From Tubiluchus corallicola (Eukaryota > Animalia > Priapulida): 64,000 nt of DNA. A program made the translations under genes and the position numbers. Shown here piece after piece: positions 35,700 to 48,640 of this stretch. How positions within the stretch are numbered: position 1 is the first letter of the stretch; each line of letters begins with the position of its first letter. The notes beneath the pieces were generated by a model, which saw nothing but the letters and a program-made list of their open reading frames with translations, ran no database searches and was not told where the DNA came from. Where the stretch lies: the NCBI GenBank assembly GCA_030141605.1, contig JAQGDQ010000126.1:310001-374000 (forward strand), written 5' to 3'.

Positions 35700-37328
35700 A
35701 ATAAGTCATAAGTCATTTATTTCACCATACACATTTACAATGATTACATATACAATATCTAGTGAAAGGGCCTACAATGGATATAATACAAATAAGAAAT
35801 ACTGCGCAGAAAAGCCTCAAACACTGTTCCCTTATGCACGAAGGTAAATGTGTTGTGGGCAATCAAGAAGCAGGGCTTGTTAGATTGTCCCACACAGTGA
35901 TAGAAAAAAAATATGGAGATAATCTGAAAATTTAAAGTGTATCGTGATTAAAAAAAACGTTAGTGCTTAAAATGGAATGACGTAATGAATGAAGCTCATA
36001 TATGGGATGATATGAAAGATAGAAAGACTATTATTTTTTAATAGTATGTAAATTTAAAATAACTTGATTTAGCTAACACCACTGTTTGGCAACTACTGTG
36101 AGGATGGATACTGATAGAAATTTTTATTACTCACTGATACTTACTTAAAATTTGATTTTTTAGCATTTTTTAAATCTAGTAATAGATCTGCTATCTTTTG
36201 CGGATTGACAAATCTCATTCCAGACTTTTGGTCCTTGATATATTATAAAATGTTTAGCTATGTTGGTTCTACAGAAAGGCACAATGTATTGATTAAATCT
36301 TGTATTATGTCTCTTAGATGTCAATTTGACAGGAATTGCAAAAAACTTAGGAAATAGTCTATTATTGCATTTATACATGAATACTGCAATATTAAATTTA
36401 ATTAAAACATCTAAATGCATAATTCTACATTCACGGTAATGAAGTAAAGGTACTTCACTACGTTTCTGTAGGCCATACATTAACCTTAAAAATTTTCAGG
36501 CATTTCAGTTTAGATGGATATGTGGGGCCCCAAATAATGCTGCAGTAATTGAGATAAGGTAAAACCAGACTATTATACAGGATTAGTAAGTGTTCTTTCG
36601 AAAGACTGTGTTTCATGTGAGTAATGATGCCTATATTTTTAGCAATTTTAAGTCGAATATAAGAGATATGTGATTGCCAGTCTAAGTGTTCATGTATGAC
36701 AATGCCTAAGAATTTAATCTGCTTTACTTGTTGAATATAACTATTTTCAATTTGTAATGTCAAATTTGGCATTCTCTTGTTTCTTGATCTAAAAACTACA
36801 AATTTAGTTTTGGAAGCATTTAGTGATAATTTATTACTCCTAAACCAGTTAGATATTTGCTGCAATTCATTGTTTATTTCAGCTTCATTAACAGTATTGT
36901 AATATTTAAATATTAAACTGGTGTCATCAGCAAACTGCAGGATTTTCCATTATTAGTACAATGTTTTATATGATTAATGTACACAAGAAACAAGAGTGGG
37001 CCAAGTATCGACCCTTGTGGAACACCACAAGATATTAATTTGCAACACCTCTTATTCCATAGTGGTATAATTTGTTAATTAAAATTTTATGATCAACAGT
37101 GTCAAAAGCTTTTGACAGATCACAAAAAATACTCACAGATAACTTATTATCTTCAATATCTCTGATTATGTTGGTCAGCATATCAATTAAAGCCATTTCT
37201 GTAGTACTGCCTTTACGAAATCCATACTGTGTGTCGTTTAATATGCTTTGTTTATGTAAATAATCTGTAAGTTGCAAAGACACAATAATTCTCAATGCTA
37301 CATTAGCTTGCATCTCAGTTAGTCGCAT
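35700..37328 (-). mobile_element. CR1/L2-group LINE ORF2 remnant (RT and C-terminus, frameshifted, endonuclease absent) with probable 3'UTR
   Basis: [82 protein letters not shown]. Confidence 0.93.
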
Positions 37329-37828
37329 TAGAGCAGTCTGTTTCCAAAGGTGTAGCGCTTCAGATATTCCAAACTAGAAATCTCAGTTATGTCAGTCCCT
37401 CCGGTCAGTTTTATGAAAACTCGGCCATCACGGGTCCAGGTGGTGCATTTTTTCATTTTTGCCATCTCCCTTGTATGTTTATAGATGCGAGCACTTAAAC
37501 TCGACAAGTGTTCGTTAATGTAAATTCTGTTGTTGTTCTTGCTTGCACCAAAGTCACCGAAATTGTGCGCACTGCACGTCTTTAATTTACTTTTATTACG
37601 AAGCAGCTCACGTTTCTTCCTTTTACTATTAAATCTAACAATGATAGGAGAACACAGTTCCGGTCTGCTACTAGGTACTCGGTGAGCATTATTAATTTCG
37701 TACAGCTCCACTTTAACGCCAATATGGTTAGCTACTTCTGAAACTATATTGACTGCATCCTCAGCGTTTGTTTCTGGTATACCAATAATTTCAAGGCAGC
37801 CATTTCTCTGGTACCTTTCTAATTTGTT
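37328..37828 (-). mobile_element. LINE ORF1 C-terminal part (RRM/CTD, L1-ORF1-like)
   Basis: LERYQR..CLEIIGIPE, AHRV, PIIVRF, RIYINEHLS, WTRDGRVFIK. Confidence 0.9.
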
Positions 37829-38193
37829 ACCAACCAAAAAGTAAAAATCTACATGCACATATACGCTGATGAACGCTAATCATTGTTATATCCTTGCAAC
37901 GTCATTTTATTTATAAAAAAAAACAGTTTTTGAAATCGGCACGAAATGCAGAATCCTTACTTTTTAGTCTTTGCTGTTGTTGTTGGTGATGGTTTTATTG
38001 TCATATTTTTCTTTGAAGCTATCACAAGTCATAGCGTTTATCGCACAATTCATAGTATTTATCGTAGAAGGCTGAAATTTTACATAGTCTTTTGTACAGA
38101 CATCTCAGTAGAGCCCTCGATTGTGTCCGTTAAGTGGATCAGCTAGATGAAATATGCAGCTAAAAAAGTCACAAAACGTTAAAGGAGGCACAA

Positions 38194-38775
38194 TTAAAAA
38201 GAAATAACAATGATAGGAGAACACAGTTCCGGTCTGCTACTAGGTACTCGGTGAGCATTATTAATTTCGTACAGCTCCACTTTAACACCAATATGATTAG
38301 CTACTTCTGAAACTATATTGACTGCATCCTCAGCGTTTGTTTATGGTATACCAATAATTTCAGGGCAGTCATTTCTCTGGTACCTTTCTAATTTGTTCAT
38401 TTTTTCTTCCAATGTTGTAGTCAACTGCTTCAGCTTATTGAATCTGTCTTCCAAATCATCAAGAGCTGGTAATTTTGCATTTTCTGTTTCAACTCGACTT
38501 AGTCTCTTCTCATGATCGTTCAGCAGTTTTGTATTGGTATTAACAGAAGTCTGAACTGTCTGAACCACTGAGTTGATCTTAAGTTGTTCATCCTTTAACT
38601 CTCTTATATCGTTCATTATCATCTCAAGTGCAGTAAGTTGACTCAAAATTTTGTCCAATTTTTGGTCCTGAGTTGTTGATACTTCTGCGGTTTCAATATC
38701 TGAACTATTATTCATGCCTTCTGATTGTTTATTAGCTGACCGTAATGAGCTTCGTTTATCGTTTTGCTTTGGCAT
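38194..38775 (-). pseudogene. LINE ORF1 5' part (coiled coil), copy with premature stop
   Basis: MPKQNDKRSS...; the GAA codon of the other copies is TAA at 38341-38343. Confidence 0.85.
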
Positions 38776-39222
38776 TTCTAATATTATTCAGTACGAACGT
38801 ATCATCAGTACCAAAAGCGTAAACACTCATAATTAATAGCAATAGACATACATATTCTGCCACATCTTTAAGACATAGATTCTCATGCTCTCCTGTTTCT
38901 CTATAAGTACATCAGCCAATATTAATTCTCGTTTCAAAAACAATAAGCTCCCTCTTTTTCAAAACCCTAGCATTAATAATAGAACACTAAATTTGAGAAA
39001 CTTTAGAATGAACAATTTCATGGAAAAAATTCCATTACTAAGCAAGCAATACAATTTTGGAATGCATTACCGACATCCCTGAAACAAAGCAGCTCTTTAT
39101 CAATATTCAAATCTAAATTAAAACAACGTTTAATGACTCGTTTTGAATATCCGACACACGAACATGATGATATTCACTCAAATCATGATTTCATTTATTT
39201 AGACCTTACTAGACTATAAAAT

Positions 39223-39278
<56 letters not shown>

Positions 39279-39635
39279 TGCGTGCGTGCGTGCGTGCGTG
39301 TAGGTGGGTGGGTGCGTACGTTCGTGCGAGCAGACATGAAAGTGCGTGTATTAAAAGAAAGAGAGAAAAATAGTGTGTGTAGTTTTATCATAGTGCATTG
39401 TGTGTTTGTTGTTTATCTTTTATTTTTGAATTTCTGGTTGCACTTGTAGTTTAGTTTGGACCAGACGCATTTGTTTTTATTTGAACTAACACTGATTGTC
39501 TGTCTTTTTATAATGATGGTCAATGTTTCTAAAAAGGTAGAATAAAGATTATACTACTACTACTGCTGCTGCTGCTGCTGGTGCTGCTGCTGGTGCTGCT
39601 GCTACTGCTACTGCTACTGTTACTGCTACTGCTGG

Positions 39636-39667
<32 letters not shown>

Positions 39668-39688
39668 CTGCTACTACTACTACTACTG

Positions 39689-39723
<35 letters not shown>

Positions 39724-39751
39724 ACTGCTACTGCTACTGCTACTGCTACTG

Positions 39752-39831
<80 letters not shown>

Positions 39832-39832
39832 G

Positions 39833-39865
<33 letters not shown>

Positions 39866-40961
39866 AAACGAATGTTATTGGCTAGTTTAACCAAGTTTGA
39901 AGCTAGATCATTACGTCAGTGGCGGTTATAGTTCTCCACCAATGAATGAAACGTGGTGCTCTGTAAAATAAAATTCATTAAAGATTTATAAATTATTATA
40001 AATTATATCATTATTATATGTCTTACGTAAATTTCTTAAGTTTTGTAACCGAAAATTGCATTCTTGTTAAATTTAAAAGAGCACTTCATATAGTTAAACT
40101 TGCCTTTGTTAAACGTTAGTCATTGTATGGAACTGAAAAATTTGTTGCTTTTACTTTTTATTTTATATTGTTACGGGGGTTAAATGCCATTTATTTTCGA
40201 CCCTCTCTACATTGTGATGGTTCGATCCATTATGAAGCCATTGCATATTAGCACTGCATAGCAGCACGACATAACAGCTATAAGTAGCTGGTATGGAATG
40301 GTCCCGTCGGTTTAGTCGACAGACGGACAGGTGCGTTTACCACCTAAGCACCTGTTCCTGTAGTTACGATCAGAATGAGGAACACAGGAAAAGATTCTGG
40401 CTAGTTTTCGTTTTAATTTTCTGTTTAAATTTTTGTATTTCTTCAACATGGTTTGGCTGATCCAGATTTGAACCCTGATCGCCTCCCCAATAATAGGTTT
40501 GCGCAGCACAAATAATGTAATGAATAAAAACAATTTTTTGTACAAGTAAAATAAATGTGGAGGACTTTCTGGGACTGTGCGCAGCTACTTATTAAGTACC
40601 AACCAAAAAGTAAAAATCTACATGCACATATACGTTGATGAATGCTAATCATTGTTATATCCTTGCAACGTCATTTTATTTATAAAAAAAACTGTTTTTG
40701 TAATCGGCACGAAATGCAGAATCCTTACTTTTTAGTCTTTGCTGTTGTTGTTGGTGATGGTTTTATTGTCATATTTTTCTTTGAAGCTATCACAAGTCAT
40801 AGCGTTTATCGCACAATTCATAGTATTTATCGTAGAAGGCTGAAATTTTACATAGTCTTTTGTACAGACTTCTCAGTAGAGCCCTCGATTGTGTCCGTTA
40901 AGTGGATCAGCTAGATGAAGTATGCAGCTAAAAAAGTCACAAAACGTTAAAGGAGGCACAA

Positions 40962-41543
40962 TTAAAAAGAAATAACAATGATAGGAGAACACAGTTCCGG
41001 TCTGCTACTAGGTACTCGGTGAGCATTATTAATTTCGTACAGCTCCACTTTAACACCAATATGGTTAGCTACTTCTGAAACTATATTGACTGCATCCTCA
41101 GCGTTTGTTTCTGGTATACCAATAATTTCAGGGCAGTCATTTCTCTGGTACCTTTCTAATTTGTTAATTTTTTCTTCCAATGTTGTATTCAACTGCTTCA
41201 GCTTATTGAATCTGTCTTCCAAATCATCAAGAGCTGGTAATTTTGCATTTTCTGTTTCAACTCGACTTAGTCTCTTCTCATGATCGTTCAGCAGTTTTGA
41301 ATTGGTATTAACAGAAGTCTGAACTGTCTGAACCACTGAGTTGATCTTAAGTTGTTCATCTTTTAACTCTCTTATATCGTTCATTATCATCTCAAGTGCA
41401 GTAAGTTGACTCAAAATTTTGTCCAATTTTTGGTCCTGAGTTGTTGATACTTCTACGGTTTCAATATCTGAACTATTATTCATGCCTTCTGATTGTTTAT
41501 TAGCTGACCGTAATGAGCTTCGTTTATCGTTTTGCTTTGGCAT
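40962..41543 (-). mobile_element. LINE ORF1 5' part, 193 aa, truncated
   Basis: Coiled coil, LERYQR..EIIGIPE and AHRV; diverges from the intact ORF1 after SPIIV. Confidence 0.85.
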
Positions 41544-42011
41544 TTCTAATATTATTCAGTACGAACGTATCATCAGTACCAAAAGCGTAAACACTCATAA
41601 TTAATAGCAATAGACATACATATTCTGCCACATCTTTAAGAAAATCCCCGTATTGGAAGCCACATAGATTATCATGCTCTCCTGTTTCTCTATAAGTACA
41701 TCAGCCAATATTAATTCTCGTTTCAAAAACAATAAGCTCCCTCTTTTTCAAAACCCTAGCATGAATAATAGAACACTAAATTTGAGAAACATTAGAATGA
41801 ACAATTTCATGGAAAAAATTCCATTACTAAGCAAGCAATACAATTTTGGAATGCATTACCGACATCCCTGAAACAAAGCAGCTCTTTATCAATATTCAAA
41901 TCTAAATTAAAACAACGTTTAATGACTCGTTTTGAATATCCGACACACGAACATGATGATATTCACTCAAATCATGATTTCATTTATTTAGACCTTACTA
42001 GACTATAAAAT

Positions 42012-42069
<58 letters not shown>

Positions 42070-42471
42070 CGTGCGTGTAGGTGGGTGGGTGCGTACGTTC
42101 GTGCGAGCGGACATGAAAGTGCGTGTATTAAAAGAAAGAGAGAAAAATAGTGTGTGTAGTTTTATCATAGTGCATTGTGTGTTTGTTGTTTATCTTTTAT
42201 TTTTGAATTTCTGGTTGCACTTGTAGTTTAGTTTGGACCAGACGCATTTGTTTTTATTTGAACTAACACTAATTGTCTGTCTTTTTATAATGATGGTCAA
42301 TGTTTCTAAAAAGGTAGAATAAAGATTATACTACTACTACTGCTGCTGCTGCTGCTGGTGCTGCTGCTGCTGCTGCTGCTACTGCTACTGCTACTGCTAC
42401 TGCTACTGCTACTGCTACTGCTACTGCTACTGCTACTGCTGGTGCTGCTGCTGCTGCTGCTGCTGCTACTG

Positions 42472-42585
<114 letters not shown>

Positions 42586-43680
42586 AAACGAATGTTATTG
42601 GCTAGTTTAACCAAGTTTGAAGCTAGATCATTACGTCAGTGGCGGTTATAGTTCTCCACCAATGAATGAAACGTGGTGCTCTATAAAATAAAATTTATTA
42701 AAGATTTATAAATTATTATAAATTATATCATTATTATATGTCTTACGTAAATTTCTTAAGTTTTGTAACCGAAAGTTGCATTCTTGTTAAATTTAAAAGA
42801 GCACTTCATATAGTTAAACTTGCCTTTGTTAAACGTTAGTCATTGTATGGAACTGAAAAATTTGTTGCTTTTACTTTTTATTTTATATTGTTACGGGGGT
42901 TAAATGCCATTTATTTTCGACCCTCTCTACATTGTGATGGTTCGATCCATTATGAAGCCATTGCATATTAGCACTGCATAGCAGCACGACATAACAGCTA
43001 TAAGTAGCTGGTATGGAATGGTCCCGTCGGTTTAGTCGACAGACGGACAGGTGCGTTTACCACCTAAGCACCTGTTCTGTAGTTACGATCAGAATGAGGA
43101 ACACAGGAAAAGATTCTGGCTAGTTTTCATATTAATTTTCTGTTTAAATTTTTGTATTTCTTCAACATGGTTTGGCTGATCCAGATTTGAACCCTGATCG
43201 CCTCCCCAATAATAGGTTTGCGCAGCACAAATAATGTAATGAATAAAAACAATTTTTTATACAAGTAAAATAAATGTGGAGGACTTTCTGGGGCTGTGCG
43301 CAGCTACTTATTAAGTACCAACCAAAAAGTAAAAATCTACATGCACATATACGCTGATGAACGCTAATCATTGTTATATCCTTGCAACGTCATTTTATTT
43401 ATAAAAAAAACTGTTTTTGTAATCGGCACGAAATGCAGAATCCTTACTTTTTAGTCTTTGCTGTTGTTGTTGGTGATGGTTTTATTGTCATATTTTTCTT
43501 TGAAGCTATCACAAGTCATAGCGTTTATCGCACAATTCATAGTATTTATCGTAGAAGGCTGAAATTTTACATAGTCTTTTGTACAGACTTCTCAGTAGAG
43601 CCCTCGATTGTGTCCGTTAAGTGGATCAGCTAGATGAAGTATGCAGCTAAAAAAGTCACAAAACGTTAAAGGAGGCACAA

Positions 43681-44262
43681 TTAAAAAGAAATAACAATGA
43701 TAGGAGAACACAGTTCCGGTCTGCTACTAGGTACTCGGTGAGCATTATTAATTTCGTACAGCTCCACTTTAACACCAATATGGTTAGCTACTTCTGAAAC
43801 TATATTGACTGCATCCTCAGCGTTTGTTTCTGGTATACCAATAATTTCAGGGCAGTCATTTCTCTGGTACCTTTCTAATTTGTTCATTTTTTCTTCCAAT
43901 GTTGTAGTCAACTGCTTCAGCTTATTGAATCTGTCTTCCAAATCATCAAGAGCTGGTAATTTTGCATTTTCTGTTTCAACTCGACTTAGTCTCTTCTCAT
44001 GATCGTTCAGCAGTTTTGTATTGGTATTAACAGAAGTCTGAACTGTCTGAACCACTGAGTTGATCTTAAGTTGTTCATCCTTTAACTCTCTTATATCGTT
44101 CATTATCATCTCAAGTGCAGTAAGTTGACTCAAAATTTTGTCCAATTTTTGGTCCTGAGTTGTTGATACTTCTACGGTTTCAATATCTAAACTATTATTC
44201 ATGCCTTCTGATTGTTTATTAGCTGACCGTAATGAGCTTCGTTTATCGTTTTGCTTTGGCAT
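43681..44262 (-). mobile_element. LINE ORF1 5' part, 193 aa, truncated
   Basis: Nearly identical to 40962..41543. Confidence 0.85.
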
Positions 44263-44731
44263 TTCTAATATTATTCAGTACGAACGTATCATCAGTACCA
44301 AAAGCGTAAACACTCATAATTAATAGCAATAGACATACATATTCTGCCACATCTTTAAGAAAATCCCCGTATTGGAAGCCACATAGATTATCATGCTCTC
44401 CTGTTTCTCTATAAGTACATCAGCCAATATTAATTCTCGTTTCAAAAACAATAAGCTCCCTCTTTTTCAAAACCCTAGCATGAATAATAGAACACTAAAT
44501 TTGAGAGAACATTAGAATGAGCAATTTCATGGAAAAAATTCCATTACTAAGCAAGCAATACAATTTTGGAATGCATTACCGACAACCCTGAAACAAAGCA
44601 GCTCTTTATCAATATTCAAATCTAAATTAAAACAACGTTTAATGACTCGTTTTGAATATCCGACACACGAACATGATGATATTCACTCAAATCATGATTT
44701 CATTTATTTAGACCTTACTAGACTATAAAAT

Positions 44732-44787
<56 letters not shown>

Positions 44788-45140
44788 TGCGTGCGTGCGT
44801 GCGTGTAGGTGGGTGGGTGCGTACGTTCGTGCGAGCAGACATGAAAGTGCGTGTATTAAAAGAAAGAGAGAAAAATAGTGTGTGTAGTTTTATCATAGTG
44901 CATTGTGTGTTTGTTTTTTATCTTTTATTTTTGAATTTCTGGTTGCACTTGTAGTTTAGTTTGGACCAGACGCATTTGTTTTTATTTGAACTAACACTAA
45001 TTGTCTGTCTTTTTATAATGATGGTCAATGTTTCTAAAAAGGTAGAATAAAGATTATACTACTACTACTGCTGCTGCTGCTGCTGGTGCTGCTGCTGCTG
45101 CTGCTGCTACTGCTACTGCTACTGCTACTGCTACTGCTGG

Positions 45141-45172
<32 letters not shown>

Positions 45173-45176
45173 CTAT

Positions 45177-45219
<43 letters not shown>

Positions 45220-45268
45220 GCTGCTGCTACTGCTACTGCTACTGCTACTGCTACTGCTACTGCTACTG

Positions 45269-45312
<44 letters not shown>

Positions 45313-45313
45313 G

Positions 45314-45346
<33 letters not shown>

Positions 45347-47379
45347 AAACGAATGTTATTGGCTAGTTTAACCAAGTTTGAAGCTAGATCATTACGTCAG
45401 TGGCGGTTATAGTTCTCCACCAATGAATGAAACGTGGTGCTCTATAAAATAAAATTCATTAAAGATTTATAAATTATTATAAATTATATCATTATTATAT
45501 GTCTTACGTAAATTTCTTAAGTTTCGTAACCGAAAATTGCATTCTTGTTAAATTTAAAAGAGCACTTCATATAGTTAAACTTGCCTTTGTTAAACGTTAG
45601 TCATTGTATGGAACTGAAAAATTTGTTGCTTTTACTTTTTATTTTATATTGTTACGGGGGTTAAATGCCATTTATTTTCGACCCTCTCTACATTGTGATG
45701 GCTCGATCCATTATGAAGCCATTGCATATTAGCACTGCATAGCAGCACGACATAACAGCTATAAGTAGCTGGTATGGAATGGTCCCGTCGGTTTAGTCGA
45801 CAGACGGACAGGTGCGTTTACCACCTAAGCACCTGTTCTGTAGTTACGATCAGAATGAGGAACACAGGAAAAGATTCTGGCTAGTTTTCATATTAATTTT
45901 CTGTTTAAATTTTTGTATTTCTTCAACATGGTTTGGCTGATCCAGATTTGAACGCTGATCGCCTCCCCAATAATAGGTTTGCGCATCACAAATAATGAAT
46001 AAAAACAATTTTTTATACAACTAAAATAAATGTGGAGGACTTTCTGGGGCTGTGCGCAGCTACTTATTAAGTACCAACCAAAAAGTAAAAATCTACATGC
46101 ACATATACGCTGATGAACGCTAATCATTGTTATATCCTTGCAACGTCATTTTATTTATAAAAAAACTGTTTTTGAAATCGGCACGAAATGCAGATTTGCT
46201 GTTGTTGTTGGTGATGGTTTTATTGTCATATTTTTCTTTGAAGCTATCACAAGTCATAATGTTTATCGCACAACTCATAGTATTTATCGTAGAAGGCTGA
46301 AATTTTACATAGTCTTTTGTACAGACTTCTCAGTAGAGCCCTCGATTGGGTCCGTTAAGTGGATCAGCTAGATGAAGTATCCTGCTAAAAAAGTCACAAA
46401 ACGTTAAAGGAGGCACAATTAAAAAGAAATAACCAGAACAGTAACTCTAGCCAAAATTAGTAACATTTTTCTTACTCAACATTATGACTTTGTTATGGGT
46501 CACATTGTTACATTGATTGTGGTTTCATTCTAATGCAAGCTTAATAATGATCTGATGATGATCTACCCTATTTACAACATCACTTGTTAAAGAATCCCGT
46601 TTTTTTCAGTTACTTGCTTATGAGTAACTTCATAGAGTCGTTCATTTCGCCGGGTTGTTGTTCTCGTTCTCGTCCACACTTATATATCAAACTTATCAAG
46701 AGAACTTGAATCTTGTTAATACTGTTACGGGGGCGAAATGCCATTTATTTTCGACCTCCGCCCACCACTACATTGTGATGATTCGATTCATTACGAAGCC
46801 ATTGTATATCAGCACTGCAAAGCAGCTATAAGTAGCTGGTATGGAATGACCTCGTTGGTTCAGTGGGCTGACCGGCAGGTGTGTTTTCCACTTCAGCACC
46901 TGCTCCGTAATGATAACCGGCATGGAGCACAATGGAGTAGATATCTGGCGAGTTACCTAATTCTATAATTATTAGTGCTTTTATTACTGCTTTTTTACGT
47001 ATCCTTCACAAGTACGCCGCGAACTAGCGTATCAGCATCAGTCGCTCTTCGTTACAATACTAACATGTACTAACCTTCATAAAAACATTCTATATCACAA
47101 TGGTTTCTCACAAGTGTTTTAAAAAGGGAATAAATAGTACTAGCATGTAAATATTGATATTATTGTAATAATATTTATTGTTTTTTCATGATACACTAAC
47201 TGTATTTATACTAAAATTATATATAATTTATTATTTGTTATGTGTTTTTGCTACTATAGCTATAATGTAATAGCTCTGTTTTGTACTTTTGTATTTTGTT
47301 TTTGTTTTGCTGTACGTATGTCATTGTAATGTAATGTATATACAAATAAAATTCTAATTCTGTAATTCAAACCTTTCCT

Positions 47380-48640
47380 ATTGGCACAGCTGAATTAGTC
47401 CTTGCTTGTGCTGAAAGACACTGTAAACGCTTATCTTGATAGAGCACACCAGTTTACTGTTTTTTAATTGACTTTTCTAAAGCTTTCGTGCATGTAAATA
47501 TGTTAACGCTTTTTAAGAAACTTGAAAAACAGTGTTCTGTACTTTTGTCTGCTCTTCCCTTATGCTAAATGGATATCTAAATCAGCGCATATGTGCTATG
47601 TGGAACAAAACAAAATCATTCATCTTTTCTGCCACCAATGGAATAAAACAAGGCAGCGTTATCTCAGGTGTATTATTTGCAGTGTATTTTAATGATCTTA
47701 CAATCTCTCTAAAATATGCCAAAGTTGGGTGCGATTTAATAAACGTATTTACTGCGGTTTTAGGTTACGCTGATGACATTGCCCTTCTCGCCGCTACAGT
47801 TTTTGCCTTGAAAACAATGCTTAATGTGTGCCCAATACGCTATAGACCATGATATGCTTTTTAATGTACAAAAATCAAAATGTATTCTACTCCGTCGAAG
47901 TGAATCTGGACAGGTGCCCAAAATTGAAATTAATGGAATAGCGCTTAAATGGTATAATGAGATGTGTCATTTAGATCATAAAGTATCTTATGATTTAAAT
48001 CCAATTAATGATGCGTTACGGTGTCGTAATGATTTCATAGCTAGTGTTAATTCTATGCTTTGTTATTTTAAATCGATAACAAATAGACACGTTTTATTGA
48101 AATTGTTTCAATCATTTTGCTGCTCATTTTACGGTTGCTCGACTTTTAACTTATCTGACAAATGTATTAATGTTTTAAACGTTGAATTTAGAAAAGCTTT
48201 ACGTCGTGTTTTGTCGCTCCCGAAAAATTCTCACGTTAGCATGGCGCATTACATTGCTGAAATTAAACCTTTTATTAACCTAGCAACCAAACGGTCGCAA
48301 ACTTTGTATAGAAAGATTAATAATTTTGCAATCAGCTTACTTCATACTATATCCATTCTAAACCAGTATTCAAGTTTAACTACCCTTTGTAAAATTCGTA
48401 TTTTCTCTTGTGTAATGATTTGCGAACGTTATAGTGATCATGACATTGTTTCTTATGTATTATATCGGACTGCTCGTAGTGAATTTCTCATTCCCGGCTT
48501 TACAAACGAAGAAACAATATCAATGTTACTAACCATTTTAACTAACTAATATTTTGTTATTGTTACATGTCATGATCTTATGCTTCCATTGATCTAATTG
48601 TGCATCAAATTATATGTGCGAATAAGCATAGTAAATATAT
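47380..48640 (+). mobile_element. 5'-truncated non-LTR retrotransposon ORF2 remnant
   Basis: IDFSKAF, NGIKQGSVISGVLFAVYFNDL, GYADDIALLA, frameshift near 47830, then FNVQKSKC, LFQSFCCSFYG. Confidence 0.92.
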
